Shown: positions 13,494 through 26,974, counted from the first letter of the stretch. The stretch: DNA of 64,000 nt from Octopus vulgaris (GCA_951406725.2 OX597835.1:17174001-17238000), one strand, 5' to 3'. Translations and numbers: made by a program. Notes: generated by a model not told the origin, from the sequence alone.

Positions 13494-13870
13494 TCAAGAA
13501 CAGAAACGTCGGTATTATTTTTAATTTAAAGAAAAAAATATATTATAAACTAAATAAAATAACAAGTATACATAAAACGAAAAAAAATAATAAACAAAAT
13601 AAAAAATAAATTTGTGACGAGAAAAAAAAGAGTAAAAAGCGTAAAAAAAAACGTAAAAAATTGCGCTTGTTTTTATTTGTATTTGAATTTTTTTTCTAAT
13701 ATTTGTTTTCTTTTTCTGTTCTTTTTTTACTCTACTGTGAATTATAAACACCGTTACTAATTATATGTGAGACTATAATTATAGGAAATGTTTGAGATGT
13801 TCCGTTGGTCTACGAGACATGCAGATTGATGAAACTGTTGCTTTTACACATCGTTTCATGACTTGCTTCA

Positions 13871-13911
13871 ATTTATTCCGCCATCTTTGATAGAAAGATG
13901 GCGGAATAAAT
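13871..13911. other. Perfect 18-bp inverted repeat (hairpin) containing two YY1-type motifs
   Basis: atttattccgccatcttt-gatag-aaagatggcggaataaat. Confidence 0.85.
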
Positions 13912-14043
13912 GAGTAAAAGTTCCAGAAAATTGGACTTTCAAGAATGGCAAAAAAAAACAAAAACAAGATATAAAAAAAACAATTAATGGTAGGACCGAA
14001 ATAGTAAAATGTATGTGTGCATGTCTTACTCGTTGTTTTTTTC

Positions 14044-14190
<147 letters not shown>

Positions 14191-14208
14191 TATATACACA
14201 TATATGTA

Positions 14209-14245
<37 letters not shown>

Positions 14246-14303
14246 ATACATATATATATGTACGTATGTATGTGGATATATATATGTATATCTATACGTA
14301 TGC

Positions 14304-14370
<67 letters not shown>

Positions 14371-14517
14371 CATTATATATACATGCATACCTATACATGT
14401 CGGGGGAATAGGGAGAGTAAGAGACACAGAAAGAGAGAATGCGAGGCAGTGAATAAGAGAGTATGATAAAGATAAAAAGAAATAGTAAGAGGGAGATAGG
14501 GGGGTAGGTAGGTAGGC

Positions 14518-14554
<37 letters not shown>

Positions 14555-15025
14555 TATAATTGAATAATTGAAATTAAAATGCCTTCAACAGCAACAGTGA
14601 GACCATCAACACCACCACCACCACCAATATTCCCACCCCCACCCCCGAAAACAGCATCTACTGCAACAACCGCGTGAGCAGCGGTGTGTATAATATAGAA
14701 ATAATGGAAATAAAGGGAAATTAAGGTAATAATATAGAACAGAGGATTGTGGGATTGGTAGAACGGCAGACCGGAAGAGTGCGGCGTGGCAGTCGCTGTA
14801 GCGGTGGTGACGATGTTGATGATGACGACAACGAAGTTCATAATGATTATAGTGATGATGATGATGGTGGTGATGTTGATAATGATGATGATGGTTAATG
14901 ATGATGTGAGTAATGATGTTAATCATGATTAAGAACGATGATGGTAATGAAAACGTGGATAGTTGGTTTGGAAACGATAGTGTTGATGATGAGACACACA
15001 GACACACAGACACACATACACACAC

Positions 15026-15026
<1 letters not shown>

Positions 15027-15092
<66 letters not shown>

Positions 15093-15096
15093 TAGA

Positions 15097-15136
<40 letters not shown>

Positions 15137-15468
15137 TAGATAGATAGATAGATAGATAGAAAAAAAGAAAGATAGTTAGCTAGCTAGCTAGATAGATAGA
15201 TAAAGAAGGTAAATAGATAGATAGATAGATAGAAAGAAAGATCGTTAGCTAGCTAGCTAGATAGAAAGATAGAAAGATAAAAGAAGTAGAATAGATGGAT
15301 AGATAGATAGATAGAAAGAAAGAAAGATAGTTAGCTACTAGCTAGATAGATAAATAAAGAAGGTAAATAGATAGATAGATAGATAGATAGAAAGATAGTT
15401 AGCTAGCTAGCTAGATAGATAGATAGAAAGATAAAGGAAGTAGAATAGATGGATAGATAGCTAGATAG
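15027..15468. repeat. (GATA)n/(GACA)n/(GCTA)n compound array with internal duplications
   Basis: Directly visible; blocks such as aaagaaggtaaatagat and aagtagaatagatggat recur. Confidence 0.9.
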
Positions 15469-15757
15469 TCTCAATCAAAGAACACAGTAACGGTGTTAAG
15501 TGCCTCCTACATCAAGCCTATTATCTCTGTCACTAATTTCTCGATGACTTTACAGGAGGACCCTTAAGGTTTTGTATTTCGTTCTTGACATTTCTTTCAA
15601 AGCAACAGCAGAAGCAGCAGCGACAGTAGAAACAGCAGCAGCAGAAGGAGAAGCAGTGGAAGAAAATGATGGAGAAAAAGAAGAACAAAGAAGTAGAAGA
15701 AGAAGAAGATAATGATGAAGGAGAAAAAGAAGACGAAGAAGAAGAAGTAGAAGATAA

Positions 15758-15964
15758 GTTTCTTTATTGGCCACACAGGGCTGCACACAGATGGGACAAG
15801 TTACAAGGTAGAGCTTTTCTTTTGGGGGATGAAAAAAACAAAAAAACAAAAGAAACAAAAAAAGGGGTGGCGTAGGTTTTCGATCAAGAGGGATCGTAAA
15901 AGGGAAGAAAAGAACAAAAAAAAAAAAAAATAAAAAATAAAAGATAAAAATAAAAAATAAAAAA
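15758..15964 (-). mobile_element. 5'-truncated retroposon 3' tail (family T) with perfect 16-bp target-site duplication
   Basis: TSD aagaagtagaagataa at 15742-15757 and 15965-15980. Body homologous to 35790-35998; ends gccctgtgtggccaataaagaaac. Confidence 0.85.
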
Positions 15965-16064
15965 AAGAAGTAGAAGATAATGTTGAAAAAAAAGAAAAAG
16001 GTGGGGGAGGAGGAAGAGGAGAGCAGTAATAGTTTTAGTGTCAGTAGTAGTATTAATAGTGACA

Positions 16065-16345
16065 TTCGTTTCCCAATTTGGCACAAGGCCTCCAATGTTG
16101 GGTGAGAGTGCAAGTCGATTACTTAAACCCAGTGCATAACTGGTACGCATTTCATCGACCCCGAAAGGGATAGAAAGCGAAGTCGGCCCCAGTGGTATTG
16201 GAACTCAGGATTGTAGTAGTAATATTACTTTCTAGTGCAGGCACAAGGCCTGGGATTTAGGGCAGGGGCCTAGTCGATCACAACGACCCCATTGCTCAAC
16301 TGATACTTTTTCCATCGATCCCCAGCAAGATGAAGAGCTAAGTCT
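16065..16345 (-). mobile_element. Two diverged SINE family B fragments
   Basis: ggcacaaggcc...agtcgatt...cccagtg...actggtac...atcgaccccgaaagg; second similar fragment from about 16228. Confidence 0.8.
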
Positions 16346-16997
16346 GTACGTTGTTGTTATTGTTGCTGTTGGTGTTGTTGTTTTACATTTAATTGACGAT
16401 GTTGGAAACGAATAATGAATAAATAAATAAATAGATAAATAACGAAAGAAAGAAAGAGAGAAAGAAGGAAAGAAATAACTGGATGAGTGGTGAATTAGTT
16501 GTGTTCGCGTGTGTGTGTATGTGTTTGTTAATATGTATGTTTATATACGTAGCTATTTGTGTCAATGTGTGTGTGCACGTATCTACGTGTGTGGGTATGA
16601 CAATGTGTGTTCACGTGTGCGTGATTTAGCGTGTGTGTGTATGTGTGTGTGTGAATCACGTGTGTAAAAGCGATCGTGATGTTGATAATGATTGTGATGA
16701 TGATGATAATGAGGATGATGATAATGTTGATGATGATGATGTTGATGATGATGATGATGAGGAGGAGGAGGAGGAGGAGGTTAATGAAGTCGATGGTGAT
16801 AATGGTGCCGATAATTTGCCTAGCGGTACTCAAGGTGGTGGTGGTAGTGGTGATAATGGTGATGAAGATGACGATGATAGTTTCTTTGGCGATACTTATG
16901 TAGGCGATGGTGATGGTGATGATGATGGAGAAGATAGAGAAAACATAATTTAATAGTTGTTGTTACTGTTGATGATTATGACAACCACAACAACGAC

Positions 16998-17710
16998 GAT
17001 GAAGAAGAAGAAGAAGAAGAAGAAATAGAAGAAGAAAAAGAATATTATGATGAAGGAGAAAAAGAAGAAGTAGAAGAAGACGAAGACGAAGAAAAAGAAG
17101 AAGCAGAAGAAGAAGAAGAAGAAGTAGAAGTAGAAGAAGAAGAAGAAGAAATAATGAAGGAGGAAAAGAAGATAATGATGGAGAAAAAGAAGAAATAGAA
17201 GAAGAAGGCGAAGAAGAAGAAGAAGAAAAGAAGAAGAAGAAAGCGAGGCAGAAGTAGAAGACAAAAAGAAGGAGAATATAATGAGGACGAAGGAAAAGAA
17301 GATAATGATGGTGAAAAAGAAGAAAACAACGAAGAAGAAATAGAAGGAGAAGACGAAGAATGAGATAAAGAAGAAGTAGAGGTAGAAGAAGAAAAATAGA
17401 AGAAAATGAAGAAGAAATAGAAGAAAATGAAGCAGAAGCAGAAGACAAAGAATAAATAGAAGAAGGAGAAGAAGGCGAAGGAGAAGTAGTAGAAGAAAAT
17501 AATGGAGAAAAAGAAGAAAAAGACGAAGAAGAAATAGAAGTAGTAGAAGAAGAAGGCGAGGGAGAAGTAGTAGAAGAAAATGATGGAGAAAAAGAACAAA
17601 GAAGTAGAAGAAGAAGATAATGATGAAGGAGAAAAATAAGACGAAGAAGAAGAAGTAGAAGAAAATGTTGAAAAAAAGAAAAAGGTGGGGGAGGAGGAAG
17701 AGGAGAGAAG
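16998..17710. repeat. Degenerate (GAA)n polypurine array
   Basis: Directly visible; its 3' part duplicates 15655-16022. Confidence 0.9.
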
Positions 17711-18513
17711 ATGATTATGCAGAAGAAAATGAAGGCAAAGTAGTTAATGGCTTCGAGGATGTCGATGACGATGATGACAATTATACCGATGCTAATGATG
17801 ATGCTAATGATGATGCTAATGATGATGATAGTAATGTTGCCTTTGGTAATGTTTCTGCCTTAGATTCCAACATGAAACGCAATGTGACGTTGGCAACAAT
17901 TAACCACTTCAAATTCTGTAACATTTCCTCCAACATTTAAAGACAGATTAAACGATATTGGCTAATTAACAACATTAATTGCAATTGTTAATAAATGAAA
18001 ATCAGCCGCAGTTGTGCTTTGGTTGTAGTCGTTTCTGCTATTTTCCTCATCGTCGTTATCGTTTAGGTACGCCGCCATATTAAACCTGATAGTGTAGAAT
18101 CATGATCAAATAGACTCCAATCGTGACCATCAGGAAAATTTTCTGCATCGAAGACCACGATTATGGAACATGTTTTTCTCCCTTTCTATGACGGTATGGT
18201 TTGATCCTGAGGGAGAATTAGCTATTATGTCTTATGTATCTTGTGACGATGAAGACATTCTTTCGTTGCTTAAGATAACTGCATAAATGATTCGATTATA
18301 AGTCCAAAGATTGACGTGGGAAATTTAAATGGCGACTGTTGGTGCTGCCACCTACAGTTGCTGTTCGCAGTAAAAGAGAGACCAGAAAGAGAGTTTATAA
18401 GAAACAAAAGAGAGGGTGTAGTTTCCCTTTCAGGGGAGAGAATCGCTCAGGGTTTATATTTAAAAAAAAAAAATTCATCATCATCATCATCATCATCGTT
18501 ATTATTATTATTA

Positions 18514-19432
18514 TTCAGTAGTTTTATTTTTATTTTTATAGCGTGCTTTCACTTCACTACCGAGCACAGCTCTGTGTGCCTTGGGTATGTGCTGTGATTT
18601 GTTGTGATGCTCTGATGGTTATTGTATGGAAAGTGTTCTGCGTAGGATGTGTGCAGTGCCCAGTAGTGCAATTTTCTGTATGTTATATGTGTTTGTAAGT
18701 CCTGGTGTTTTTGTTATGTATTTGTCTGAATATTTTTTTATCATGCCTAATGCACCTACTATGATAGGAATTGTTTCTGTTTTCAGATTCCACATTCTAG
18801 TTACCTCTATTTCCAGGTCTTTGTATTTTGAGAGTTTCTCCATTTCTTTTAGAGACACGTTGTCATCTGCCGGTACTGATACATCAATTAGAAAGCATTT
18901 TTTTCTTCGTGGTCTCTGACAACTATATCTGGTCTGTTGGCCTTAATTTCTCTATCTGTGTGTATCGGCATATCCCAGAGTATGGTTGCTTTCTCGTTTT
19001 CTGTGACCTTTTCTGGTGTGTGCCTATACCATCTTTTTTCTGTTGTTATTCCATAATGTTGGCATAGCTTCCAATGTATGTAAGTTCCAACTCTGTCATG
19101 TCTGTGAATATATTCCTTCTTAGCCAGGACTGGGCAGCTAGAGATAATATGATTTATTGTTTCTTGTCCATCTCCACATATTCTGCAGTTACTTGTAATA
19201 TTTCTTTTCATTACATGTTTTTGGTAATTTCTGGTGGGGAGGCTTTGGTCTTGTGCTGCAATTAAAAATCCCTCTGTTTCTGCTTTGAGTCCTGAGCTTC
19301 TCCAACCATTGCTGGGATTTTTCTTTGTCTATTTCTTTTGCGTTTAGTTTAGTCCAGTATTTACCATGAAGGGGCTTTTCTTGCCAATGGTTCTTTGCTG
19401 TTCTATTTTTAGTTTGGATTTCATTTTTTTTG
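18514..19432 (-). mobile_element. R4/Dong-like non-LTR retrotransposon, 5'-truncated: CCHC zinc knuckle, restriction-like endonuclease, 3' UTR
   Basis: WQEKPLHGKYW...LKAETEGFLIAAQDQSLPTRNY...CRICGDGQETINHIISSC...RHD...ILWD...NRPDIVV..(fs)..LIDVSVPAD...EKLSKYKDL...GTAHILRRTL*. Two frameshifts; both ends in (TAA)n. Confidence 0.93.
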
Positions 19433-19441
19433 TTATTATTA

Positions 19442-19501
<60 letters not shown>

Positions 19502-19506
<5 letters not shown>

Positions 19507-19712
19507 TAGTTTTATTTTTATAGCGTGCTTTCACTTCACTACCGAGCACAGCTCTGTGTGCCTTGGGTATGTGCTGTGATTTGTTGTGATGCTCTGATGG
19601 TTATTGTATGGAAAGTGTTCTGCGTAGGATGTGTGCAGTGCCTAGTAGTGCAATTTTCTGTATGTTATATGTGTTTGTAAGTCCTGGTGTTTTTGTTATG
19701 TATTTGTCTGAA

Positions 19713-19717
<5 letters not shown>
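19502..19717 (-). mobile_element. Second, shorter tandem copy of the same R4/Dong-like 3' end
   Basis: Nearly identical to 18514-18735; (TTA)n on both sides. Confidence 0.93.
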
Positions 19718-19775
<58 letters not shown>

Positions 19776-19783
19776 TTATCATT

Positions 19784-19995
19784 AAGGTGGCGAGTTAGCA
19801 GAATCGTTAGCGCGCCGGTCGAAATGCTTAGCGATATTTCGGACGTCGCTTCGTTCTGAGTTCAAATTCCGCCGAGGTCGACTTTACCTTTCATACTTTC
19901 GTTGAACTCTGGGGTCGATGTAATCGGCTCATCCCTTCCCCCAAACTTGCTACCCATGCGGCAAAATTTGAAACCATTATTATTATTATTATTAA

Positions 19996-20033
<38 letters not shown>

Positions 20034-20235
20034 GAAAGGCGGCGAGCTGGCAGAATAGTCAGGAAGCTGGTATTTCGTCCGTCCTTACTTTCTGAGTTCA
20101 AATTCCACTGAGGTCGACTTTGCTTTTCACCCTTTCGGTGACGATAAATTAAGTACCAGTTACGCATTGGGGTTCAGTAGAGTCGATTAGCCTCCAACCA
20201 ACAATTTCAGGCCTTGTGACTATTGTACAAAGATT
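19784..20235 (+). mobile_element. Two tandem SINE family B copies (19784-19975, 20037-20235) separated by (ATT)n
   Basis: Head aaggcggcgagctggcagaat...ttctgagttcaaattcc..gaggtcgacttt; tails run into (ATT)n. Confidence 0.88.
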
Positions 20236-20329
20236 TATAATCATTATAAGAGGTCTTTTTCTAATGAGTGAAAGAACAGATGTAATTACATTTCCATATA
20301 ATCTATTTTTGTTGCTTTTTATTTTCAGT

Positions 20330-20525
20330 GTCCTAAAAGATTGAAATTTTGCGGGAAGGGTAAATCGATTGCTTCGATCCTAGTGTTCAATTGGTATGTC
20401 ATTTATCGATTCCGAAAGGATGAGGGCGAATTCGACCTCGGCAGAATTTGAAACCCTGAACCTCAAGACGGAAGAAATGCAGTTAAGTATTTTGTCCGGC
20501 ATGTTAATGATTCCACCATCCTGTT
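20330..20525 (-). mobile_element. SINE family B, diverged
   Basis: atttatcgattccgaaaggatg...tcgacctcggcagaatttgaa is the reverse complement of the family B body. Confidence 0.8.
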
Positions 20526-20597
20526 GCTTCAGATTGATTGTACATTGAAAGTTAAAGAAACCCTAACCAAAATAACACCCCCCCCACAAAAAAAAAA

Positions 20598-20805
20598 TGA
20601 GATGGTGAGCTAGCAGAATTGATAACATGCCGGACAAAATGTTTAGCTGGATGTCTTCCGGCTCATTACGTTCAGCGTTGAAATTCCGTCAAGGTCAACT
20701 TTTCATTCTCTTTTGGTCGATAAACTAAGTACTAGTCAAGTACTTAGATCGATAAAATCGCCTTCCCCCTCCCCTCAAAATCAGTCGCCTTATGCGCAAA
20801 TAAAA
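20598..20805 (+). mobile_element. SINE family B, diverged
   Basis: gatggtgagctagcagaatt...gaaattccgtcaaggtcaacttt...ggtcgataaactaagtac. Confidence 0.8.
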
Positions 20806-21271
20806 AAGAATATTTAAAAGTAAAAGAAGACAAATAAGTGTGTGTATCATTAGTTTGCATATATACCAGCGTGTGACTGCACCAGCATGGAAATGTGTTA
20901 GTGGTGTGTTATATATTAACTCCATCTTGATGAATCGAGATTGTCATAAAAAGCCTCAGCAACGCTACCAATCCTCCCCACATTATGATTTTACTGTTAT
21001 TGATGTATACTTTTATAGCTTACTCACTCGCTTATATCTCCTGTCGTGATAACACTGTCTCTATATCTCTCGTTTAGTATTTTGATATCATGTATATATA
21101 TTTCATGTTTTAATATTTTTCTTATATTTTTTACTTATATCTGTTTACTTGGAATAATTTTGCAAGAGAGGTATGTCTTTTCTTATTTTCTTAGGAGTAT
21201 TTCCAGAATAAGCATATATCTTAATTGAGTTGGGTGAAATGAAGAGGAGAAAGAACAAGAAGTCCGTTTTC

Positions 21272-21359
<88 letters not shown>

Positions 21360-21384
21360 AATATGTGTAGTTGTGCATGTGTTG

Positions 21385-21747
21385 CGTTTGCTTCCTACCA
21401 CTGCTTGACAACCATTGAAGAGATATTTGCGTCTCCGTAGCTTAGCGGTACGGCAAAAGGAACGACAGATTAAGTAGCAGTATTGAAACATAGCTGCCGT
21501 CGAATGACTGAAATATGGAGAATATAAACATTATTCAAAATTAATCGAAAAAAAAAAAAACAGAAACAAATAAAAATAAGCAAACAGTATATAGGTGCTG
21601 CCATGGGTGTGTGGTAAGAAGTTTGCTTCCCAAACACCTGGTCCCAGGTTCAGTCCCACTGCGTGGCATATCGAGCAAGTGTCTTCTACTAAAGCCGACC
21701 AAAGCCTTGTCAGTGGATTTGGCAGATGGAAACTGAAAGAAGCCATC

Positions 21748-21836
<89 letters not shown>

Positions 21837-22100
21837 AATGTGTGTGTGTATTTGTGTACGTGTATATGTGTATTCGTGTCTGTGTTCGTCGCACCTCCGC
21901 ACCAATGCTTGAAGAGTGCTGTTGGTCTGCTTACGTCCCTGTGACTTAGCGGTTTCGCAAAATACAACGATATAATTCGTACGAATCTGCAAAACTAAAA
22001 ACAAAAGTCCTGGGGTCGATTCAGTCGACTAAAATTTTCCCAAGAAAGTGCCCCAGCATGGCCGCACTCTGATGACTGATATAAGCAACAGATATGATAT
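21385..22100 (+). mobile_element. Old SINE A 3' half (21385-21525) followed by a full SINE A (21593-22100)
   Basis: Similarity to the other family A copies: head, CORE-like block, gacttagcggt, ggggtcgatt..tcgactaa, ccagcatggccgca. Confidence 0.85.
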
Positions 22101-22438
22101 AAGAGACATCGAACAGTAAGACTAAACTGAAGCAAATCTCTGCCTTCCTTCTCACATTCTGCATTAAGAACGAAGGTCACATCTGTGAATTATGTTACAT
22201 CAAGGTATAGAAAGCTCTTGCTGAGCTACAGTGTTGACCTTTGTGCTGACACAGGTTCAATGGAGGCCAAGGTCAGGTCACCAGTGCAGTATATTTTATC
22301 AAATATAGCTGCAACATACAATACTGAACATTCCCTCGGCTCGGTATATTAGATAAAGCTGAACGCAAAACTTCATTAGTTGTTCAACAGACCGAAAGTT
22401 TGAGATATATTTAGACACATACGCACATACACTCACAC

Positions 22439-22498
<60 letters not shown>

Positions 22499-22601
22499 TT
22501 ACTCTTGTACATGCTCGTATATATGCGTGTATATATATATATATGATTCTATATGTATGTATGTATGTATGTGTGTATGTATATATGTATTTATGTATGT
22601 A

Positions 22602-22656
<55 letters not shown>

Positions 22657-22889
22657 CTATAAATATATATATATATATATATGCATTTATATATGCATAT
22701 ATATATGTATATATATATGTATAGATATGTGCATATAAATACATGTATATGTGTGCATACGTATATATGTGAGTATATATAAACAAACGCACGTTTACAT
22801 ATGAGAACATGTACAAATATGCATTGGTTCAAATGCACACACACACATACACACACACATATATATATATAAAATTACGTATCTATCTC

Positions 22890-22934
<45 letters not shown>

Positions 22935-23331
22935 TTATCTTTCTGTCTATATATATTTATATGAAACACACAGTCAACACACACACACAAACACACACGC
23001 ACACACATACACATATATATTCATGCATATAGATACATATATGTGTATTTATAAACATTAAATATACATTTGTTTCTGAATTTCGGTAGGGTCATCTTGC
23101 CAAGGTAAGCCAAAGCACTGATCAAATTTTATCTCCTAGCAATTTTATTTATTCACTACTTAACTAATTAAGGATTTTCTCTAATCGTTTGATACATTAA
23201 CTAATTATTTAGTTAATCATATCCATTTTGTCACCATCTGTGTATTCTCCAATAAAATGTCCTCGTTCTTCCTGGCGTGTTTCTCGTCATCGAAACGGTT
23301 TTTATTCTTTGACAAATGCCGGAGAATGAAT

Positions 23332-23367
<36 letters not shown>

Positions 23368-23379
23368 ACGCATATATCT

Positions 23380-23612
23380 GTTTCTTTATTACCCACAAGG
23401 GGCTAAACATAGAGGGGACAAACAAGGACAGACAAACGGATTAAGTCGATTACATCGACCCCAGTGCTTAACTGGTACTTAATTTATCGACCCCGAAAGG
23501 ATGAAAGGCAAAGTCGATCTCGGCGTGATTTGAACTCTGAACGTAACGGCAGACGAAATACGGCTACGTATTTCGCCCGGCGTGCTAACGTTTCTGCCAG
23601 CACGCCGCCTTT
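23380..23612 (-). mobile_element. SINE family B, young, long-tail subfamily
   Basis: Closely matches 36034-36249; tail gtttgtcccctctatgtttagccccttgtgggtaataaagaaac. Confidence 0.92.
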
Positions 23613-23781
23613 ATCATATGCACGCATATATCATATGTGTTTGTTCAGTGTACTGTAAAGTACTCTACACATGATGGAATCATAGATATTAGAAAGTCGT
23701 GTAGTTTCCATAATACATGACAAAAGAGAAAGTGAAAGTGGGTGTGTGTGTGTTCGAGAGAGCGAGTGTCTGTGTGTGTGT

Positions 23782-23783
<2 letters not shown>

Positions 23784-23860
<77 letters not shown>

Positions 23861-23902
23861 CGAATGAAAGATCGAGAAAGAGAGAAAGCGTGGAGTGTGA
23901 AC

Positions 23903-23969
<67 letters not shown>
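23784..23969. repeat. (GA)n arrays
   Basis: Directly visible. Confidence 0.95.
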
Positions 23970-23972
<3 letters not shown>

Positions 23973-24147
23973 GAAATAGTGGAGATGATGTGTTCCCCGG
24001 GAAACCGAAAATTGGTAACAGCAGATAATAATTATCGAAAGTTCACTGATATCAAAGTACAGTTCGATATATCCGTGTATTGATACTTAGTCACAAAAAT
24101 ATACACTCGCACATAGATGTAAGTATATATGCATATCTATCTATCTG

Positions 24148-24295
<148 letters not shown>

Positions 24296-24371
24296 CCTAT
24301 CTTTCATTTAATGTATACATAAAATATATAAAACCATAGAAATGTATGCATATTTATAAATAAACATAGGA

Positions 24372-24417
<46 letters not shown>

Positions 24418-24496
24418 ATATATACATATATACTTATATATATATATACATACATGTATATATATACACACACATATATATGTATATATATATGTA

Positions 24497-24527
<31 letters not shown>

Positions 24528-24539
24528 GAATATATATGT

Positions 24540-24573
<34 letters not shown>

Positions 24574-25061
24574 GTATAACTCATATACATGCCCACCCAT
24601 ACAGAATACGCAAGTAACATCAACCCTAGGTTATTGTTTCCACCAAACAAATTCCCAAATTCCTCTCCCCTTCTATCTCTCTTCTCCCTCCTTCTTTCCC
24701 CCCTTCTCTAACTCGCATACTTCTTCTTCTATCTCTCTCCCTGTATCTCATTCTCTCTCTTCCTCCCTCACTAGTTATGGCCGAATGAATGGTTAACGGC
24801 CGTTATAGAGTAGAATCGTTGCCAGTTATTAAAGCTGGATCAATAAGTTAAGCTGTTTAGGCGATCGTAATAGAATGGCGAAGAAGACGGTCGCCATTTT
24901 CTCCTGCGTGTTTCGCACTTCGAAACATCGAATGATATATGCTTCAGTGTGATCAGTTTGATCAATTTAATCAGTTTAACAAGTTTTAATCAGCTGCCAA
25001 TAATACAGGCTGGTAGGGTATACATACATGCGTACATACGTACATACATACATCACATACG

Positions 25062-25092
<31 letters not shown>

Positions 25093-25359
25093 GATATATA
25101 TACGTACTCACACACATACATACACAAACATATACATATGTAGGTATGTGTATGTTTGTGCGTGTATATAAAGATATATATGTGCATGTATATATTATAT
25201 GTATGTTTGTGTATATATAAACATATACATGTGTGTATGTCTATATGTATATGTATAAATATATATATATATATATATAAATACATACAAACGTACGTAT
25301 ATACATGCACACGCACACATATACGTACATATGTATATATATATATATATATATATATG

Positions 25360-25410
<51 letters not shown>

Positions 25411-25767
25411 CAACAGCGGCAACCATACGCTTACTCACGCATATTATATAGGTGAAACGGAGATTAAGCGATTCTTTGTCGGCCAATAAATAACAGGTAA
25501 ATCATCGAGTTAATTTTCCGCCTTGAAGAATCTTTGGGAATTAAAGAAAAGACGACCACCCTCAAGGAAAGAAATGATGGAACGCAGAAGTCTACGGTAA
25601 TAACGAAAGCGTTAATATGTAGAACAAAATATAGAAGAAAAATTCCGAAATGAAATTAGAGACATCGGTAACAATAAAAATGGAAAAAAATGGAAGAGCA
25701 AAAACGAAAATGTTGATTGATGAAGGTTAAGAGGTTACTGGTGCTGCTGCTGCAATTGCTGCTGCTG

Positions 25768-25993
25768 CGGATGATGATAGTGTTGACGATGATGTGGATG
25801 ATGATGATGAGGAGGAGGAGGAGGAGGAGGATGATGGTGGTGATCATAATGATGATGATGATGATGATGATGATGATAACGGTCGTGCTGTTGGTGATGA
25901 TGATGATGATGATGACGATGATAGTGATGAGGATGATGGTTGTAGTCGCCATGATGATGATAAGCACGATTATGTTGATTATGATAATGACGC

Positions 25994-26028
<35 letters not shown>

Positions 26029-26195
26029 CTGATGATGATGATGATGATGATGAGGATGATGATGATGATGATGATGACGATGATGATGATGATGATATAG
26101 CGATGATGGAGACTTAGTAGATGGGGCGGTGGGAATGGCGATAGTGACGTTGGTGATAATGATAATAATGATGACGATGATGATGTTGACGACAA
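25768..26195. repeat. Degenerate (GAT)n array
   Basis: Directly visible; gives poly-D/M/H/I ORF artefacts. Confidence 0.92.
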
Positions 26196-26884
26196 CGGTG
26201 AAAGCAAGAAATACAGAAGCTTCCAGAACCTCAGACAAAACGCAAACTGAAAGAACAAACTGAAGGCTTCTTGCAATTTCAGCTGATTATTCTTGAGATT
26301 GCTCCAATCTGGCCAGCCCCAAGGAAAAACTAAGCTAAGAACATTAGATTCCTTGGAAGGAAGCATCGAATGTATATAAAAACAAGGACGAAAAAAACAC
26401 AATGTTACACAAATATAAATACAATAAAAATAATAACAGGAGATAACAACAGGTGTCTTTCGACTAAGGACGAATTGAATTAAGCTGGCGCGTGTGGAAA
26501 TGAAGCCTTATGGCAGAGATACAGAAGTTTCACAAAAACAAGGAAGAATATCGTTGTTGCACGGACCACGGTCAGACCCAGAAAGAAAGAGCAAGCGGTC
26601 TGGCCGATCGGTCACGTGGGAAGAGTAGAGAGAGAAGTAGAAGTAGATGGACAAAAGCATTAAGTAGTTGAAGGATTAAGAAGGGGCGAGAAAAATACAG
26701 CGACACAGTGAAGTGAAAAGTGGAGGGAAAGTGAGAATGAAGAGAAGGCAAAGAAATGTGAGAGAAGGGAAACGAAAGAACGAAGAGTGGAATGAACGAA
26801 TAGGAGTGAAAGGGTTGATAGAAATAGAATCATAAATGATTTTGTAGAATGTGTACTTACATATAAGAGAATAAAGTGTACGTA

Positions 26885-26924
<40 letters not shown>

Positions 26925-26974
26925 AAATATTGAGTTTCTAAATCTCTCGTAGAGAGGTGTACGGTGGTGGAGCG

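Noticed and set aside
16633-16953. Acidic D/E/G-rich ORF (also 25794-26117)
   Set aside because: Derived from degenerate (GAT)n/(GGT)n repeats.
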